Shown: piece by piece, positions 10,609 through 20,618 of the stretch
Layout: each line of letters begins with the position of its first letter
How positions within the stretch are numbered: the first letter of the stretch is position 1
Assembly: GCA_945897555.1 (NCBI GenBank)
Contig: CAMDGF010000004.1
Span: forward strand, 41,450-105,449
DNA length: 64,000 bases
Reading direction: 5' to 3'
Origin: Klebsiella pneumoniae
Lineage (GTDB): Bacteria > Pseudomonadota > Gammaproteobacteria > Burkholderiales > UBA3065
The notes under the pieces: model-generated
What the model saw: the letters and a program-made list of their open reading frames with translations, nothing else
Databases searched by the model: none
What the model was told of the DNA's origin: nothing
Translations under genes and position numbers: made by a program

Positions 10609-11034
10609 ATGTCTGTTCAGCGCACCCTCTCCATCATCAAGCCCGACGCTGTCGCCAAGAATGTCGTCGGCCAGATCATCTCCCGCTTTGAAGCGGCCGG
10701 CCTCAAGGTTGTTGCTGCGCGCATGATGCACCTGTCGCGCGGCGAGGCCGAGCAGTTCTACGGCGTGCACCGCGAGCGCCCCTTCTTCAAGGACCTGGTC
10801 GATTTCATGATCTCCGGCCCGGTGATGGTGCAGGTGCTCGAGGGCCCGGACGCCATCGCCAAGAACCGTGAGCTGATGGGCGCCACCGATCCGAAGAAGG
10901 CCGACAAGGGCACCATCCGCGCCGATTTCGCCGACAGCATCGACGCCAACGCCGTGCACGGCTCGGATGCCCCCGAGACCGCCGCCGTCGAGATCGCCTT
11001 CTTCTTTCCGGCGATGAACGTCCACAGCCGTTAA
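10609..11034 (+). CDS. ndk: Nucleoside diphosphate kinase
   Basis: 141 aa: [23 protein letters not shown]...NAVHGSD (active-site His block). Confidence 0.95.
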   Translation: MSVQRTLSIIKPDAVAKNVVGQIISRFEAAGLKVVAARMMHLSRGEAEQFYGVHRERPFFKDLVDFMISGPVMVQVLEGPDAIAKNRELMGATDPKKADKGTIRADFADSIDANAVHGSDAPETAAVEIAFFFPAMNVHSR

Positions 11035-11079
11035 GGCTGTCAGGGTGCTCATCAGAGCGCCCCGTCACGAGACCGCGCC

Positions 11080-12294
11080 ATGAATCTCCTCGACCTCGAT
11101 GCCGCCGCGCTGGAGCGCTACTGCACCGGGTCGGGCGAGAAGCCGTTCCGGGCGCGGCAGTTGCTGCGCTGGATCCACCAGCGTGGTGAGGCCGATTTTT
11201 CGGCCATGACCGACATCGCCAAGGCGTTCCGCGAGCGCTTGGCGGCCGAGCATGTCGTCGCCGGGCCGGATGTGGTGTCCGATCACACCGCCAGCGACGG
11301 CACGCGCAAGTGGCTGCTGCGGGTCGACGCCGCCAATGCCATCGAGACCGTGTTCATCCCCGAGGGCGACCCGGCAGCGCGCGCGGCCGGCGGTGTGGCG
11401 GGTCCTGCCGGCCTTGCCGATGTCGAAGACCCCGAGGACGAGGACGACGACGTTCCCGACACCTACTCAGTGGCCCCGACGGGCGGCCGCAGCCGCCGCT
11501 ACCGCGGCACGCTGTGTGTCAGCAGCCAAGCGGGCTGTGCGCTGGAGTGTTCGTTCTGCAGCACCGGCTATCAGGGCTTCAACCGCAACCTCTCCACCGC
11601 CGAGATCATCGGCCAGCTCTGGCATGCCAACGCAGCGCTCGGCGCCCGTTCGAGCGGCGACCGGCTGGTCACCAATGTCGTGATGATGGGCATGGGCGAG
11701 CCGCTCGCCAACTTCGATGCGGTGGTCGCTGCCATGTCGCTGATGCTCGACGACAATGCCTACGGCTTGTCGCGTCGCCGCGTCACGCTCTCCACCAGCG
11801 GTCTGGTGCCGCAGATGGATCGCCTGGCCGAGACACTGCCAGTGGCCCTGGCCGTCTCGCTGCACGCACCCAACGATCGCCTGCGCGACGAACTGGTGCC
11901 GATCAACCGCAAGTACCCGCTCGCCGAGCTCATGGCCGCTTGCCGCCGCTACATCCGCCACGCACCGCGAGACTTCGTCACCTTCGAGTACATCATGCTC
12001 GACGGCGTCAACGACACGCCGGCCCACGCCCGCGAGCTGCTCTCACTCACCGCCGATGTGCCAAGCAAGTTCAACCTGATCCCCTTCAACCCGTTCCCGC
12101 AGTCGGGCTACCGGCGCTCCTCGCCACAGCGCGTGCGCGACTTCGCGCAGATCCTCATCGACGCCGGTCGCGTGGCCACCACCCGCAAGACGCGCGGCGA
12201 CGACATCGACGCCGCTTGTGGCCAGCTTGCCGGGCAGGTCACCGACAAGACCCGCCGCGCGCAGAAGCGTATCGCCATCGGGGTGGGCAAGTGA
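11080..12294 (+). CDS. rlmN: 23S rRNA/tRNA (adenine-C2)-methyltransferase RlmN (radical SAM)
   Basis: [14 protein letters not shown]-terminus, radical-SAM CxxxCxxC ([11 protein letters not shown]), MGMGEPLAN, and conserved position after ndk. Carries an extra acidic/Gly-rich insert (see findings). Confidence 0.92.
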   Translation: MNLLDLDAAALERYCTGSGEKPFRARQLLRWIHQRGEADFSAMTDIAKAFRERLAAEHVVAGPDVVSDHTASDGTRKWLLRVDAANAIETVFIPEGDPAARAAGGVAGPAGLADVEDPEDEDDDVPDTYSVAPTGGRSRRYRGTLCVSSQAGCALECSFCSTGYQGFNRNLSTAEIIGQLWHANAALGARSSGDRLVTNVVMMGMGEPLANFDAVVAAMSLMLDDNAYGLSRRRVTLSTSGLVPQMDRLAETLPVALAVSLHAPNDRLRDELVPINRKYPLAELMAACRRYIRHAPRDFVTFEYIMLDGVNDTPAHARELLSLTADVPSKFNLIPFNPFPQSGYRRSSPQRVRDFAQILIDAGRVATTRKTRGDDIDAACGQLAGQVTDKTRRAQKRIAIGVGK

Positions 12295-12316
12295 GCGCGT
12301 TGTCCGACAACCTGTT

Positions 12317-12409
12317 GGGGGCAGCCCACTACCTCGGGTGTCACTTGTTCTCGCTCCTCTCACTACGTTCGGAAGTCGCTTCGAAAAGGACACCCGACGG
12401 GGGCCGCCC
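12317..12409 (+). repeat. Imperfect-palindrome intergenic repeat, copy R1a
   Basis: ACCTCGGGTGTCACTTGTTCTCGCTCC...GTCGCTTCGAAAAGGACACCCGACGGGGGCCGCC. The 27-nt left arm and 34-nt right arm are identical to the copy at 25076-25155. Inner inverted arms are GGGTGTC/GACACCC. Confidence 0.8.
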
Positions 12410-12443
12410 GCTGGAGGTTCTCGGTGCTGCGCTGACCGTGACT

Positions 12444-12533
12444 GGCGGGACGCATCGGGAAAGCTCTTCGCTGCGACTTTCGAGCGCAGCGAGCAGGAGC
12501 GAGAAGAGTGTCCCGATGGAAGGCCCGCCCGCC
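12444..12533 (-). repeat. Imperfect-palindrome intergenic repeat, copy R1b (inverted, more diverged)
   Basis: The reverse complement reads ...CATCGGGACACTCTTCTCGCTCCTGCTCGCTGCGCTCGAAAGTCGCAGCGAAGAGCTTTCCCGATG, collinear with R1a/R2. Its own closing stem is CATCGGGA/TCCCGATG (12453-12460 / 12511-12518). Confidence 0.7.
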
Positions 12534-13127
12534 ACTTGTGGCAGGTCTCGCGAGGCACAAGCAGCAACCGCGGCGGGTGTGCTGGCCGCGCTCCTGCTGC
12601 TCGGTGCCTGCACCACGCCCGGCACCCACGCGTCGGCTGCGGCGAGTGCACGAGCCCACACCGAGCTTGCCGCCGCTTACTACCAGGCGGCGCAATACGC
12701 CACCGCGGCGGCAGAGGCCCAGGCGGCGCTCCACGCCGACCCCGCCTACGGGCCGGCGCACAACCTGCATGGCCTCGTGCTCATGGCCACGGGGCAGCTG
12801 GCGCAGGCCGAAGTCGCCTTCAACCGCGCCGTGGCGCTCGATCCGCAGGACGCCGATGCCCGCAACAACCACGCGGTGCTGCTGTGCCGCACCGGCCGCG
12901 TCGATGCCGCTGTTCGCGAGTGGGACATTGCCGCCCGCATCCCTTACTACGCCACGCCGGCACAGTCGTGGCGCAATGCTGCCGCTTGTCTCGCTGCTGC
13001 CGGTCGCCTCGAGGAAGCCCGCAGCTGGTTGGCGCGTGCTGCGCGTCACACCGACTTGACAGCCGCCAGCGCCGCCGCCAACGTGGTGGTGCCACAGAGC
13101 CGCACAGCGACCCGGGACGCGCCATGA
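12516..13127 (+). CDS. pilW: TPR-repeat lipoprotein, PilW/PilF-like
   Basis: Last third of track ORF 11310..13127. MEGPP...[11 protein letters not shown] carries a lipobox, followed by TPR-like repeats ([20 protein letters not shown]..., [31 protein letters not shown]). Sits at the conserved rlmN-pilW-ispG position. Its start codon lies inside repeat R1b. Confidence 0.7.
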   Translation: MEGPPATCGRSREAQAATAAGVLAALLLLGACTTPGTHASAAASARAHTELAAAYYQAAQYATAAAEAQAALHADPAYGPAHNLHGLVLMATGQLAQAEVAFNRAVALDPQDADARNNHAVLLCRTGRVDAAVREWDIAARIPYYATPAQSWRNAAACLAAAGRLEEARSWLARAARHTDLTAASAAANVVVPQSRTATRDAP

Positions 13128-14419
13128 ACGACCTCCGCACCCCCGCCGACATCTCCGCAGGCGCACCCGCCTGTACACCCACCGAGGCTCGCGCCATGCC
13201 GCGCCGTCGCACGCGCATGGTCCGCGTCGGCGACGTGCGGGTCGGCTCCGATGCTCCGGTGGTGGTGCAGTCGATGACCAACACCGACACGGCAGACGCG
13301 ATCGGCACCGCACGCCAGGTCGCGCAACTGGCGCGCGCCGGCAGCGAGGTGGTGCGCATCACCGTCAATAACGAAGAATCCGCCGCCGCCGTGCCGGCCA
13401 TCGTCGAGCAGCTGCACAAGCTCGGCGTCTCGGTGCCGCTGGTCGGCGATTTCCATTACAACGGCCACACCCTGCTGCAGCAGTACCCCGAGTGCGCGCA
13501 GCTGCTGGCCAAGTACCGCATCAACCCGGGCAACGTCGGCAAGGGCGCCAAGCGCGACGCGCAATTCAGCGCCATCGTCGAACAGGCGATCCGCTGGGGC
13601 AAGCCGGTCCGCATCGGCGTCAACTGGGGTAGCCTGGACCAATCGGTGCTGGCCCGCATGATGGACAGCAACGCCAGCCGCGCCGAGCCGTGGGACGCCG
13701 GCGCGGTGATGCGCGAGGCGCTGGTCGTCTCAGCGCTGGAATCGGCGCAACTGGCCGAGGACATCGGTCTGCCCGGCGACCGCATCATCCTCTCGGCCAA
13801 GGTCTCCAGCGTGCAGGACCTCATCGCTGTCTACCGCGAGCTCGGCCGCCGCTGCGATTACCCGCTACACCTCGGGCTCACCGAGGCCGGCATGGGCAGC
13901 AAGGGCATCGTCGCCAGCACCGCGGCGCTGGCCATCCTCCTGCAAGAGGGCATCGGCGACACCATCCGTGTGAGCCTCACCCCCGAGCCCGATGGCGACC
14001 GCCGCCAGGAGGTCATCGTTGCGCAGGAGATCCTGCAGACCATGGGGCTGCGCGCGTTCACGCCGATGGTCACCGCCTGCCCCGGCTGCGGCCGCACCAC
14101 GAGCACCTTCTTCCAGCAGCTTGCCTCCGATATCCAGACCTACGTCCGCGACCAGATGCCAGTCTGGCGCGACCAGTACGACGGCGTGGAGAGCATGACG
14201 CTGGCGGTGATGGGCTGTGTGGTCAATGGGCCCGGCGAGAGCAAGCACGCCAGCATCGGCATCTCGCTGCCCGGCACTGGCGAGAGTCCGGCCGCGCCGG
14301 TCTACGAGGATGGCGTGAAGACTGTGACGCTGCGCGGTGACAACATCGCCGCCGAGTTCCGCGAGCTGGTCGACCGCTACATCGCGCGCACCTACAAGCC
14401 CAAGCACAAAGCCTACTGA
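13124..14419 (+). CDS. ispG: 4-hydroxy-3-methylbut-2-en-1-yl diphosphate synthase (flavodoxin)
   Basis: [41 protein letters not shown] and [10 protein letters not shown] blocks. The ATG at 13124 overlaps the pilW stop (ATGA); an alternative start is the Met of MPRRRTRMV about 24 codons downstream. Confidence 0.9.
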   Translation: MNDLRTPADISAGAPACTPTEARAMPRRRTRMVRVGDVRVGSDAPVVVQSMTNTDTADAIGTARQVAQLARAGSEVVRITVNNEESAAAVPAIVEQLHKLGVSVPLVGDFHYNGHTLLQQYPECAQLLAKYRINPGNVGKGAKRDAQFSAIVEQAIRWGKPVRIGVNWGSLDQSVLARMMDSNASRAEPWDAGAVMREALVVSALESAQLAEDIGLPGDRIILSAKVSSVQDLIAVYRELGRRCDYPLHLGLTEAGMGSKGIVASTAALAILLQEGIGDTIRVSLTPEPDGDRRQEVIVAQEILQTMGLRAFTPMVTACPGCGRTTSTFFQQLASDIQTYVRDQMPVWRDQYDGVESMTLAVMGCVVNGPGESKHASIGISLPGTGESPAAPVYEDGVKTVTLRGDNIAAEFRELVDRYIARTYKPKHKAY

Positions 14420-14420
14420 C

Positions 14421-15710
14421 ATGAGCCGTACCCCCCTGCAGGCTGTGCGCGGCATGAACGACGTTTTGCCTGACGAGGCCGAGCGCTGGGAGGCCTTCGA
14501 GGCCATCATCCGCGATTGGCTGGCCGGCTACGGCTACCGCCCCATCCGCATGCCGCTGGTCGAGCCGACGCCATTGTTCAAGCGCGCCATCGGCGAGGTC
14601 ACCGACATCGTCGAGAAGGAGATGTACTCGTTCGAGGACGCGCTCAACGGCGAGCAACTCACGCTGCGCCCCGAGGGCACTGCCAGCTGCGTGCGCGCCG
14701 CCATCCAGCACAACCTGCTCTACGACAGCCCGCGCCGGCTCTGGTACATGGGCCCGATGTTCCGCCACGAGCGTCCGCAGAAGGGCCGCTACCGGCAGTT
14801 CCACCAGGTGGGGGTCGAGGCGCTCGGCTACGCCGGCCCCGACATCGACATCGAGATGATCGTCATGACGCGCCGCCTGTGGCAGCGCTTGGGCCTCGCC
14901 GGCATCCGCCTCGAGATCAACACCTTGGGCGACAGCGCAGCCCGTGCCGCGCATCGCGCCAAGCTCATCGCCTACCTCGAGCAGCACATCGACCGTCTCG
15001 ACGACGACGCCAGGCGCCGCCTGCACACCAACCCGCTGCGCGTGCTCGACAGCAAGAACCCGCAGGTGCGCGAGGTGGTGGCCGGTGCGCCGCGGCTGGA
15101 AGACGATCTGGACGACGCCGCGCGCGCCCACTTCGACGCTTTCCGCAAGGGCCTCGACGCTGCCAGCATCGAGTACACCGTCAACCCCAACCTGGTGCGC
15201 GGCCTCGATTACTACAACTACACCGTGTTCGAGTGGATCACCGACCAGCTTGGCGCCCAGGGCACGGTCTGTGCCGGGGGGCGCTACGACGGCCTCATCG
15301 AGCAGATCGGCGGCAAGCCCGCGCCGGCCTGTGGCTACGCCATGGGTGTCGAGCGTCTGCTCGCGCTGATGGAGGCGGGCGGAACCGAGTTGGCCGCTGC
15401 GCCGTCCGATGCATACGTCGTCCGCGTCGGCGACGCGGCGCAGGGTTTTGCCGCGCAGATGGCTGAGCAGATGCGCGATGCCGGCTTGCGCGTCACCCTG
15501 CACTGCGGCGGCGGCAGCTTCAAGTCGCAGATGAAGAAGGCTGACGCCAGCGGTGCGCGCTTTGCGCTCATCGTTGGCGACGACGAGGTCGCTGCCGATC
15601 AGGTCGCGGTCAAGCCCCTGCGGGGAGGCGGAGAGCAGCAGTCTCTGGCCTTGGCGCAGGCCATCGTCCGGTTGCGGGCGGCAGCGGCCGATGCACCCTC
15701 TGGCGCGTAG
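14421..15710 (+). CDS. hisS: Histidine--tRNA ligase
   Basis: Start trimmed to [19 protein letters not shown]. Class-II motifs: [42 protein letters not shown]. Confidence 0.93.
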   Translation: MSRTPLQAVRGMNDVLPDEAERWEAFEAIIRDWLAGYGYRPIRMPLVEPTPLFKRAIGEVTDIVEKEMYSFEDALNGEQLTLRPEGTASCVRAAIQHNLLYDSPRRLWYMGPMFRHERPQKGRYRQFHQVGVEALGYAGPDIDIEMIVMTRRLWQRLGLAGIRLEINTLGDSAARAAHRAKLIAYLEQHIDRLDDDARRRLHTNPLRVLDSKNPQVREVVAGAPRLEDDLDDAARAHFDAFRKGLDAASIEYTVNPNLVRGLDYYNYTVFEWITDQLGAQGTVCAGGRYDGLIEQIGGKPAPACGYAMGVERLLALMEAGGTELAAAPSDAYVVRVGDAAQGFAAQMAEQMRDAGLRVTLHCGGGSFKSQMKKADASGARFALIVGDDEVAADQVAVKPLRGGGEQQSLALAQAIVRLRAAAADAPSGA

Positions 15711-15865
15711 GCGGCATTCCTGAGAGACTCGCGCGCCGCGGATGACATCTGGTCTTTCGACGCGGAACAGACAGGTATCGTCGGTGTGCGGGTCTCGTCC
15801 TCAGCCGATCACGCAACGACGCCGACGCGACATTTAACAGAACAGCAGGATCAAGGACTCACCCC

Positions 15866-16507
15866 ATGGCGGCATTCGATCTGGAAGAGCAGGAGACCCT
15901 CGATGAGCTCAAGGCCTGGTGGCGGCAGTACGGCCGCTGGGTCAAGCTCGGCATCGCGGCATTGGTGATCGGCGGTGCCAGCGCCGGCGGCTGGACGTAT
16001 TGGCAGCATCAGCAGCGTGATGGGGCTGCCGGCCTCTATTTCGACCTCGAGGCCGCCTACGACGGGCGCGACACCATCAAGGTGCGCGAGCTCACTGATC
16101 AGCTCGCCGCCGACTACGCGAGTTCCCCCTACACCTCCCGCGCGCAGCTGCTCGCTGCCCGTCGCGATGCCGAGGCAGGCAAGCTCGACGAGGCCGAGAA
16201 GCGCCTGCGCGCCGTGATCGCCGACGCCAAAGAGCCGGCTTTGCGCGACATGGCGCGGCTGCGCCTCTCTGCGCTGCTGCTCGACGAGCGCAAGCATGAC
16301 GACGCACTCAAGGCCATCGAAAAGCCCGAGCTCCCCCAGTACGGCCGCCTGTTCGATGACCGTCGCGGTGACATCTATGTCGGCCTGGGCAAGCCAGCCG
16401 AAGCCCGCAAGGCGTGGCAGAGCGCCTTCGACGCAGCCACCCAGGACACCGCGTTCCAGGCTTGGCTGCAGCTCAAGCTCGACGCCTTGGGTGAAGAGGG
16501 CAAATGA
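15866..16507 (+). CDS. yfgM: YfgM-like membrane-anchored TPR-like protein (ancillary SecYEG subunit family)
   Basis: 213 aa with an N-terminal ELKAWWRQYGRWVKLGIAALVIGG anchor. Conserved position between hisS and bamB. Confidence 0.75.
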   Translation: MAAFDLEEQETLDELKAWWRQYGRWVKLGIAALVIGGASAGGWTYWQHQQRDGAAGLYFDLEAAYDGRDTIKVRELTDQLAADYASSPYTSRAQLLAARRDAEAGKLDEAEKRLRAVIADAKEPALRDMARLRLSALLLDERKHDDALKAIEKPELPQYGRLFDDRRGDIYVGLGKPAEARKAWQSAFDAATQDTAFQAWLQLKLDALGEEGK

Positions 16508-17721
16508 CCCGTATGCAGCCTGCTGTGGTCTTGAATCACTTGGGTCGCGCGCGCCGTGTGGTGGCTTTTACGCTGGCTGCCAGCCTGTTGGTCGGCTGTG
16601 GCATCACCGACCAGCTCAAGGCAGTGCCCGAGACCGTGGTCGGCTGGTTCGGCAGCAACACCAAGCTCCCCGAGCTGCCTGCCTTCAAGCCGGAGATCGT
16701 GGTCAGGACGCGCTGGAAGGCCGACGTGGGCGGCTCCGGCAACTACGTGATGTTCCCGCTGGTGTCCGACACCCGGGTCTGCGCCGCCAGCGTCAAGGGG
16801 CGCGTCACCTGTCTGGAGCTCGACAGCGGCAAGGAACTCTGGACGCTCGACCTCAAGTCGCCACTCTCTGCGGGCGTCGGCAGCGACGGCCGTCGGCTGC
16901 TGTTGGTCAGCCAGAACAGCGAGCTGATCGCCATCGAGCCGGACGGCAAGCTGGCGTTCAAGGCGCAGGTGTCCGGCGAGATCCTCGCGCCGCCACGTGG
17001 TGCCGGCGGGCTCATCATCATCCGCAGCACCGACGGCCGCATCCAAGGCCTCGATGGCGAGACCGGAAAGCGCAAGTGGAGCTATCAGCGCCAGTTGCCG
17101 GCGCTCACCATTCGCAGTCAGGCCGGTGTGTTGATCGACCGCGACCGCGTCTATGCCGGCTGGCCCGGCGGCAAGTTCACCGCGCTCAGCCTCGACAAGG
17201 GCACGGCGCTGTGGGAAGCCACCGTAGCCACGCCCAAGGGCAGCACCGAGCTCGAGCGCATCGCCGACGTCATCAGCGAGCCCGTGACCAATGGCGAACG
17301 AGTCTGCGTCACCGCTTTTCAAGGCCGCACCATGTGCATCGACCGCGAGCGTGGTCAGCCCCTGTGGGCGCGCGACATCCCGTCGAGTTCAGCCGTCGGC
17401 TTCGACTTCAAGCGCGGCTACGTGTCTGACGACAAGGGCGTGATCCACGGACTCGACCGTGCCTCGGGCGCCAGCAACTGGGCGCAGGACGCCTTCAAGG
17501 GGCGCATCCCCAGCGGGCCGCTGTCCTACGGCGACTACGTCTGGTTCGGCGATGCCGAAGGCTACGTGCATCTGATCGACCGGGCCAACGGAGCCCTTGC
17601 CAGTCGCACCCAGACCGACGGCTCGCAGATCCTGCTGGCGCCGCTGCAGACCCCGGCCGGTGTGCTGGTGGCCACCCGTGACGGCGCGCTGGTGATGTTC
17701 GACATCGACGCGCCCAAATAG
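16504..17721 (+). CDS. bamB: Outer membrane protein assembly factor BamB
   Basis: 405 aa with a lipoprotein signal (LAASLLVGC), repeated PQQ-like beta-propeller blades, and conserved position before der. Confidence 0.88.
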   Translation: MTRMQPAVVLNHLGRARRVVAFTLAASLLVGCGITDQLKAVPETVVGWFGSNTKLPELPAFKPEIVVRTRWKADVGGSGNYVMFPLVSDTRVCAASVKGRVTCLELDSGKELWTLDLKSPLSAGVGSDGRRLLLVSQNSELIAIEPDGKLAFKAQVSGEILAPPRGAGGLIIIRSTDGRIQGLDGETGKRKWSYQRQLPALTIRSQAGVLIDRDRVYAGWPGGKFTALSLDKGTALWEATVATPKGSTELERIADVISEPVTNGERVCVTAFQGRTMCIDRERGQPLWARDIPSSSAVGFDFKRGYVSDDKGVIHGLDRASGASNWAQDAFKGRIPSGPLSYGDYVWFGDAEGYVHLIDRANGALASRTQTDGSQILLAPLQTPAGVLVATRDGALVMFDIDAPK

Positions 17722-17746
17722 GTCGTCGGCCCACCGCCCCGGCCCC

Positions 17747-19087
17747 ATGACTGTGAAGACCACTCTCGCCCTGGTCGGCCGCCCCAATGTGGGCAAGTCG
17801 ACCCTGTTCAACCGGCTCACCCGCAGTCGGGATGCGTTGGTGGCCGACCTGCCCGGCCTCACCCGCGACCGCCACTACGGCAAGGCACGGGTGCGCGAGC
17901 GCAGTTTCATCGTCATCGATACCGGCGGCCTCGAGCCCGATGCCGAGACAGGCATCTACGCCGAGATGGCGGCGCAGACCCGGCAGGCCATCGTCGAGGC
18001 CGATGTGGTCTGGTTCATCGTCGATGGTCGCGAGGGCCTCAACGCGCAAGATCAGGTCATTGCCCAGGAACTGCGCCGCTGCGGGCGACAGGTCTGGCTG
18101 GTGGTGAACAAGGCCGAAGGCATGCGCAGTGCCGTGGTGACTGCCGAGTTCCACGAACTCGGGCTGGGCGAGCCTGTGGCCATCTCCTCTGCGCATGGCG
18201 AAGGCGTGGCTGAACTGGTCGATCTGAGCATCCCGGCAGACGCGGAGGAGGGCGTCGAGGCACGCCCTGATCATCCGCGAATCGCCATCATCGGTCGGCC
18301 GAATGTGGGTAAGTCGACGCTGGTCAACCAACTCATCGGTGAGCAGCGCGTCATCGCCTTTGACCAGCCCGGTACCACGCGCGACAGCATCGCCATCGAT
18401 TTCGAGCGTGACGGCAAACCCTACACCGTGATCGACACAGCGGGGATCCGCCGCCGTGGCAAGGTCAGCGAGGCGGTCGAGAAATTCTCGGTGATCAAGA
18501 CCCTGCAGGCCATCGAAGACGCCAATGTGGCGGTGCTGGTGCTTGACGCGCAGCAGGACATCTCCGATCAGGACGCGCATCTGGCCGGGTTCATCCTCGA
18601 CGCGGGCCGCTCGCTGGTGGTCGCGCTCAACAAGTGGGACGGACTCAAGGCCGATCAACGCGAACAAGTGATGCGCGACTTCGAGCGCAAGCTGCATTTC
18701 CTCGGCTTTGCTCGCATGTGCCACATCTCGGCGCTCAAAGGCAGTGGCATCGGACCGCTCATGGCCGCCGTGCGCGGCACCTACGCCGCCGCCATGGCGC
18801 ACTTGCCCACGCCACGCCTCACGCGGGTGCTGCAGGAGGCGGTGACGCGTCAGGCGCCACCGCGCAGCGGCCTGCAAAGGCCCAAGCCACGCTATGCCCA
18901 CCAGGGTGGCAGCAACCCGCCGGTCATCGTGGTGCATGGCAACTCAGTGGAGGGCATGCCGGACAGCTACCGGCGCTATCTCGAGCATTGCTTCCGCGAT
19001 GCCTTCAAGCTGCAGGGCACGCCGCTGCGCGTGAGCTTCCGCCAGGGCGACAACCCGTTCGCCGACAAACCTGCGCGCCGTCGCTGA
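17747..19087 (+). CDS. der: Ribosome-biogenesis GTPase Der (EngA), double G domain
   Basis: Two G domains ([14 protein letters not shown] ... DTGG; [14 protein letters not shown] ... DTAG) plus a KH-like C-terminus. Confidence 0.95.
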   Translation: MTVKTTLALVGRPNVGKSTLFNRLTRSRDALVADLPGLTRDRHYGKARVRERSFIVIDTGGLEPDAETGIYAEMAAQTRQAIVEADVVWFIVDGREGLNAQDQVIAQELRRCGRQVWLVVNKAEGMRSAVVTAEFHELGLGEPVAISSAHGEGVAELVDLSIPADAEEGVEARPDHPRIAIIGRPNVGKSTLVNQLIGEQRVIAFDQPGTTRDSIAIDFERDGKPYTVIDTAGIRRRGKVSEAVEKFSVIKTLQAIEDANVAVLVLDAQQDISDQDAHLAGFILDAGRSLVVALNKWDGLKADQREQVMRDFERKLHFLGFARMCHISALKGSGIGPLMAAVRGTYAAAMAHLPTPRLTRVLQEAVTRQAPPRSGLQRPKPRYAHQGGSNPPVIVVHGNSVEGMPDSYRRYLEHCFRDAFKLQGTPLRVSFRQGDNPFADKPARRR

Positions 19088-19173
19088 ACACTTCGGCTAA
19101 AGTCGAGGCGTGCTGTAAAGTCCACCAGACCCCGTATGACTCACCGAAATAACCATTCCAAGGAGAAACAAGG

Positions 19174-19413
19174 ATGAGCGCCAAGGGCCAGTTGCTTCAG
19201 GATCCGTTCCTCAACACGCTGCGCAAGGAACATATCCCGGTCTCGATCTACCTCGTCAATGGCATCAAGCTGCAGGGCAATATCGAATCCTTCGACCAGT
19301 ACGTGGTGCTGCTGCGCAACACCGTGACGCAGATGGTCTACAAGCACGCCATCTCGACCGTGGTGCCGGCCCGTGCCGTGTCCATCCCGGCCGGCGAGGA
19401 GAGCACCTCCTGA
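19174..19413 (+). CDS. hfq: RNA chaperone Hfq
   Basis: 79 aa: [61 protein letters not shown] (Sm1/Sm2). Confidence 0.97.
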   Translation: MSAKGQLLQDPFLNTLRKEHIPVSIYLVNGIKLQGNIESFDQYVVLLRNTVTQMVYKHAISTVVPARAVSIPAGEESTS

Positions 19414-19466
19414 CCGGCAAGTCTTCACTCACGCACGCCACGGCCGGCAAGCCTGTCGACCGGGCG

Positions 19467-20618
19467 GTGCTGGTCAGCCTTGATCTCGGCCGTGCCGAGT
19501 CGCGGGAGAGCCTCGAGGAGTTGCGCCTGCTCGTCAGCGGCGCGGGTGTGCAGGTGCTCGAAGCCATCGAGGGCAGCCGCCGCGAGCCCGACCCGGCGCT
19601 GTTCCTCGGCCAGGGCAAGGCCGCCGAGGTGGCCGATGCGGTCAAGCGCCTCGATGCCACCGTCGTGGTTGTCAACCACGAGATCAGTGCAGTGCAGCAG
19701 CGCAACCTCGAGAAGGAGGTCGGCGTCACGGTCATCGATCGCACTGGCCTCATCCTCGACATCTTTGCCCAGCGCGCGCGCAGCGCCGAGGGCAAGCTGC
19801 AGGTCGAGCTTGCACAGTTGGAGCGACTCTCCACGCGCCTCATCCGCGGCTGGACCCACTTGGAGCGGCAGAAGGGCGGTATCGGCCTGCGCGGCCCCGG
19901 CGAGACCCAGCTCGAGACCGACCGCCGCCTCATCGGCGAGCGCGTCAAGCTGCTCAAGCAGCGTCTGGCTCGCGTGCAGGGCCAGCGCAGCACGCAGCGG
20001 CGCGCTCGGGCGCGCTCGGGCGGCCTCAACATCAGCCTGGTGGGCTACACCAACGCCGGCAAGTCGACCCTGTTCAATCGCCTCACCAGCGCCGGTGCAT
20101 ACGCCGCCGACCAGTTGTTCGCCACGCTGGACACGACCTCCCGCCGCGTCCACGTGGGCGAGGGCCGGCAAGTGGTGATCTCCGATACGGTGGGCTTCAT
20201 CCGCCATCTGCCCACCACGCTGGTGGCAGCCTTCCGCGCTACGCTGGAGGAGACCATCCATGCCGACCTGTTGCTCCATGTGGTCGACGCCTCGCACCCC
20301 GACCGCGACCTCCAGATCGAGGCGGTGGACCAGGTGCTGCGCGAGATCGGCGCTGGCGACGTGCCGCAATGGCTGGTCATGAACAAGATCGACCGCCTCG
20401 AGCAGTCACCCCGCATCGAGCGGGACGGCTGGGACGAGTGTGGTAGCATCCGGCGCGTCTGGTTGTCTGCGGTCACGGGGGATGGTGTCTCTGCGCTGCG
20501 CGATGCATTGGCCGCCTTTGCGGCGGAACCAGTCGGGCTGCATCCGGTCTCCCTGCAGCACCCTTCCCTTTCCCAGGATAGCGATGTCGCAGAACGATCC
20601 GCAGTGGGGGCGCCGTAA
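19467..20618 (+). CDS. hflX: GTPase HflX
   Basis: [21 protein letters not shown] and NKID G-motifs, after hfq. GTG at 19467 is the first canonical start in frame, but homology appears to continue upstream (see findings). Confidence 0.9.
   Translation: MLVSLDLGRAESRESLEELRLLVSGAGVQVLEAIEGSRREPDPALFLGQGKAAEVADAVKRLDATVVVVNHEISAVQQRNLEKEVGVTVIDRTGLILDIFAQRARSAEGKLQVELAQLERLSTRLIRGWTHLERQKGGIGLRGPGETQLETDRRLIGERVKLLKQRLARVQGQRSTQRRARARSGGLNISLVGYTNAGKSTLFNRLTSAGAYAADQLFATLDTTSRRVHVGEGRQVVISDTVGFIRHLPTTLVAAFRATLEETIHADLLLHVVDASHPDRDLQIEAVDQVLREIGAGDVPQWLVMNKIDRLEQSPRIERDGWDECGSIRRVWLSAVTGDGVSALRDALAAFAAEPVGLHPVSLQHPSLSQDSDVAERSAVGAP

Noticed and set aside
12317-12533. Hairpin repeats as a possible mini-CRISPR array
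   Set aside because: There are only two copies here, in inverted rather than direct orientation, with no regular spacer periodicity and no cas genes. The third copy is solitary.
11310-14419. Track ORFs 11310..13127 (605 aa) and 12218..14419 (733 aa), which suggest very long proteins
   Set aside because: Only the 3' portions are real: the pilW-like gene from 12516 and ispG from 13124. The upstream parts overlap rlmN or pilW in other frames and translate to low-complexity Arg/Pro/Ala text.
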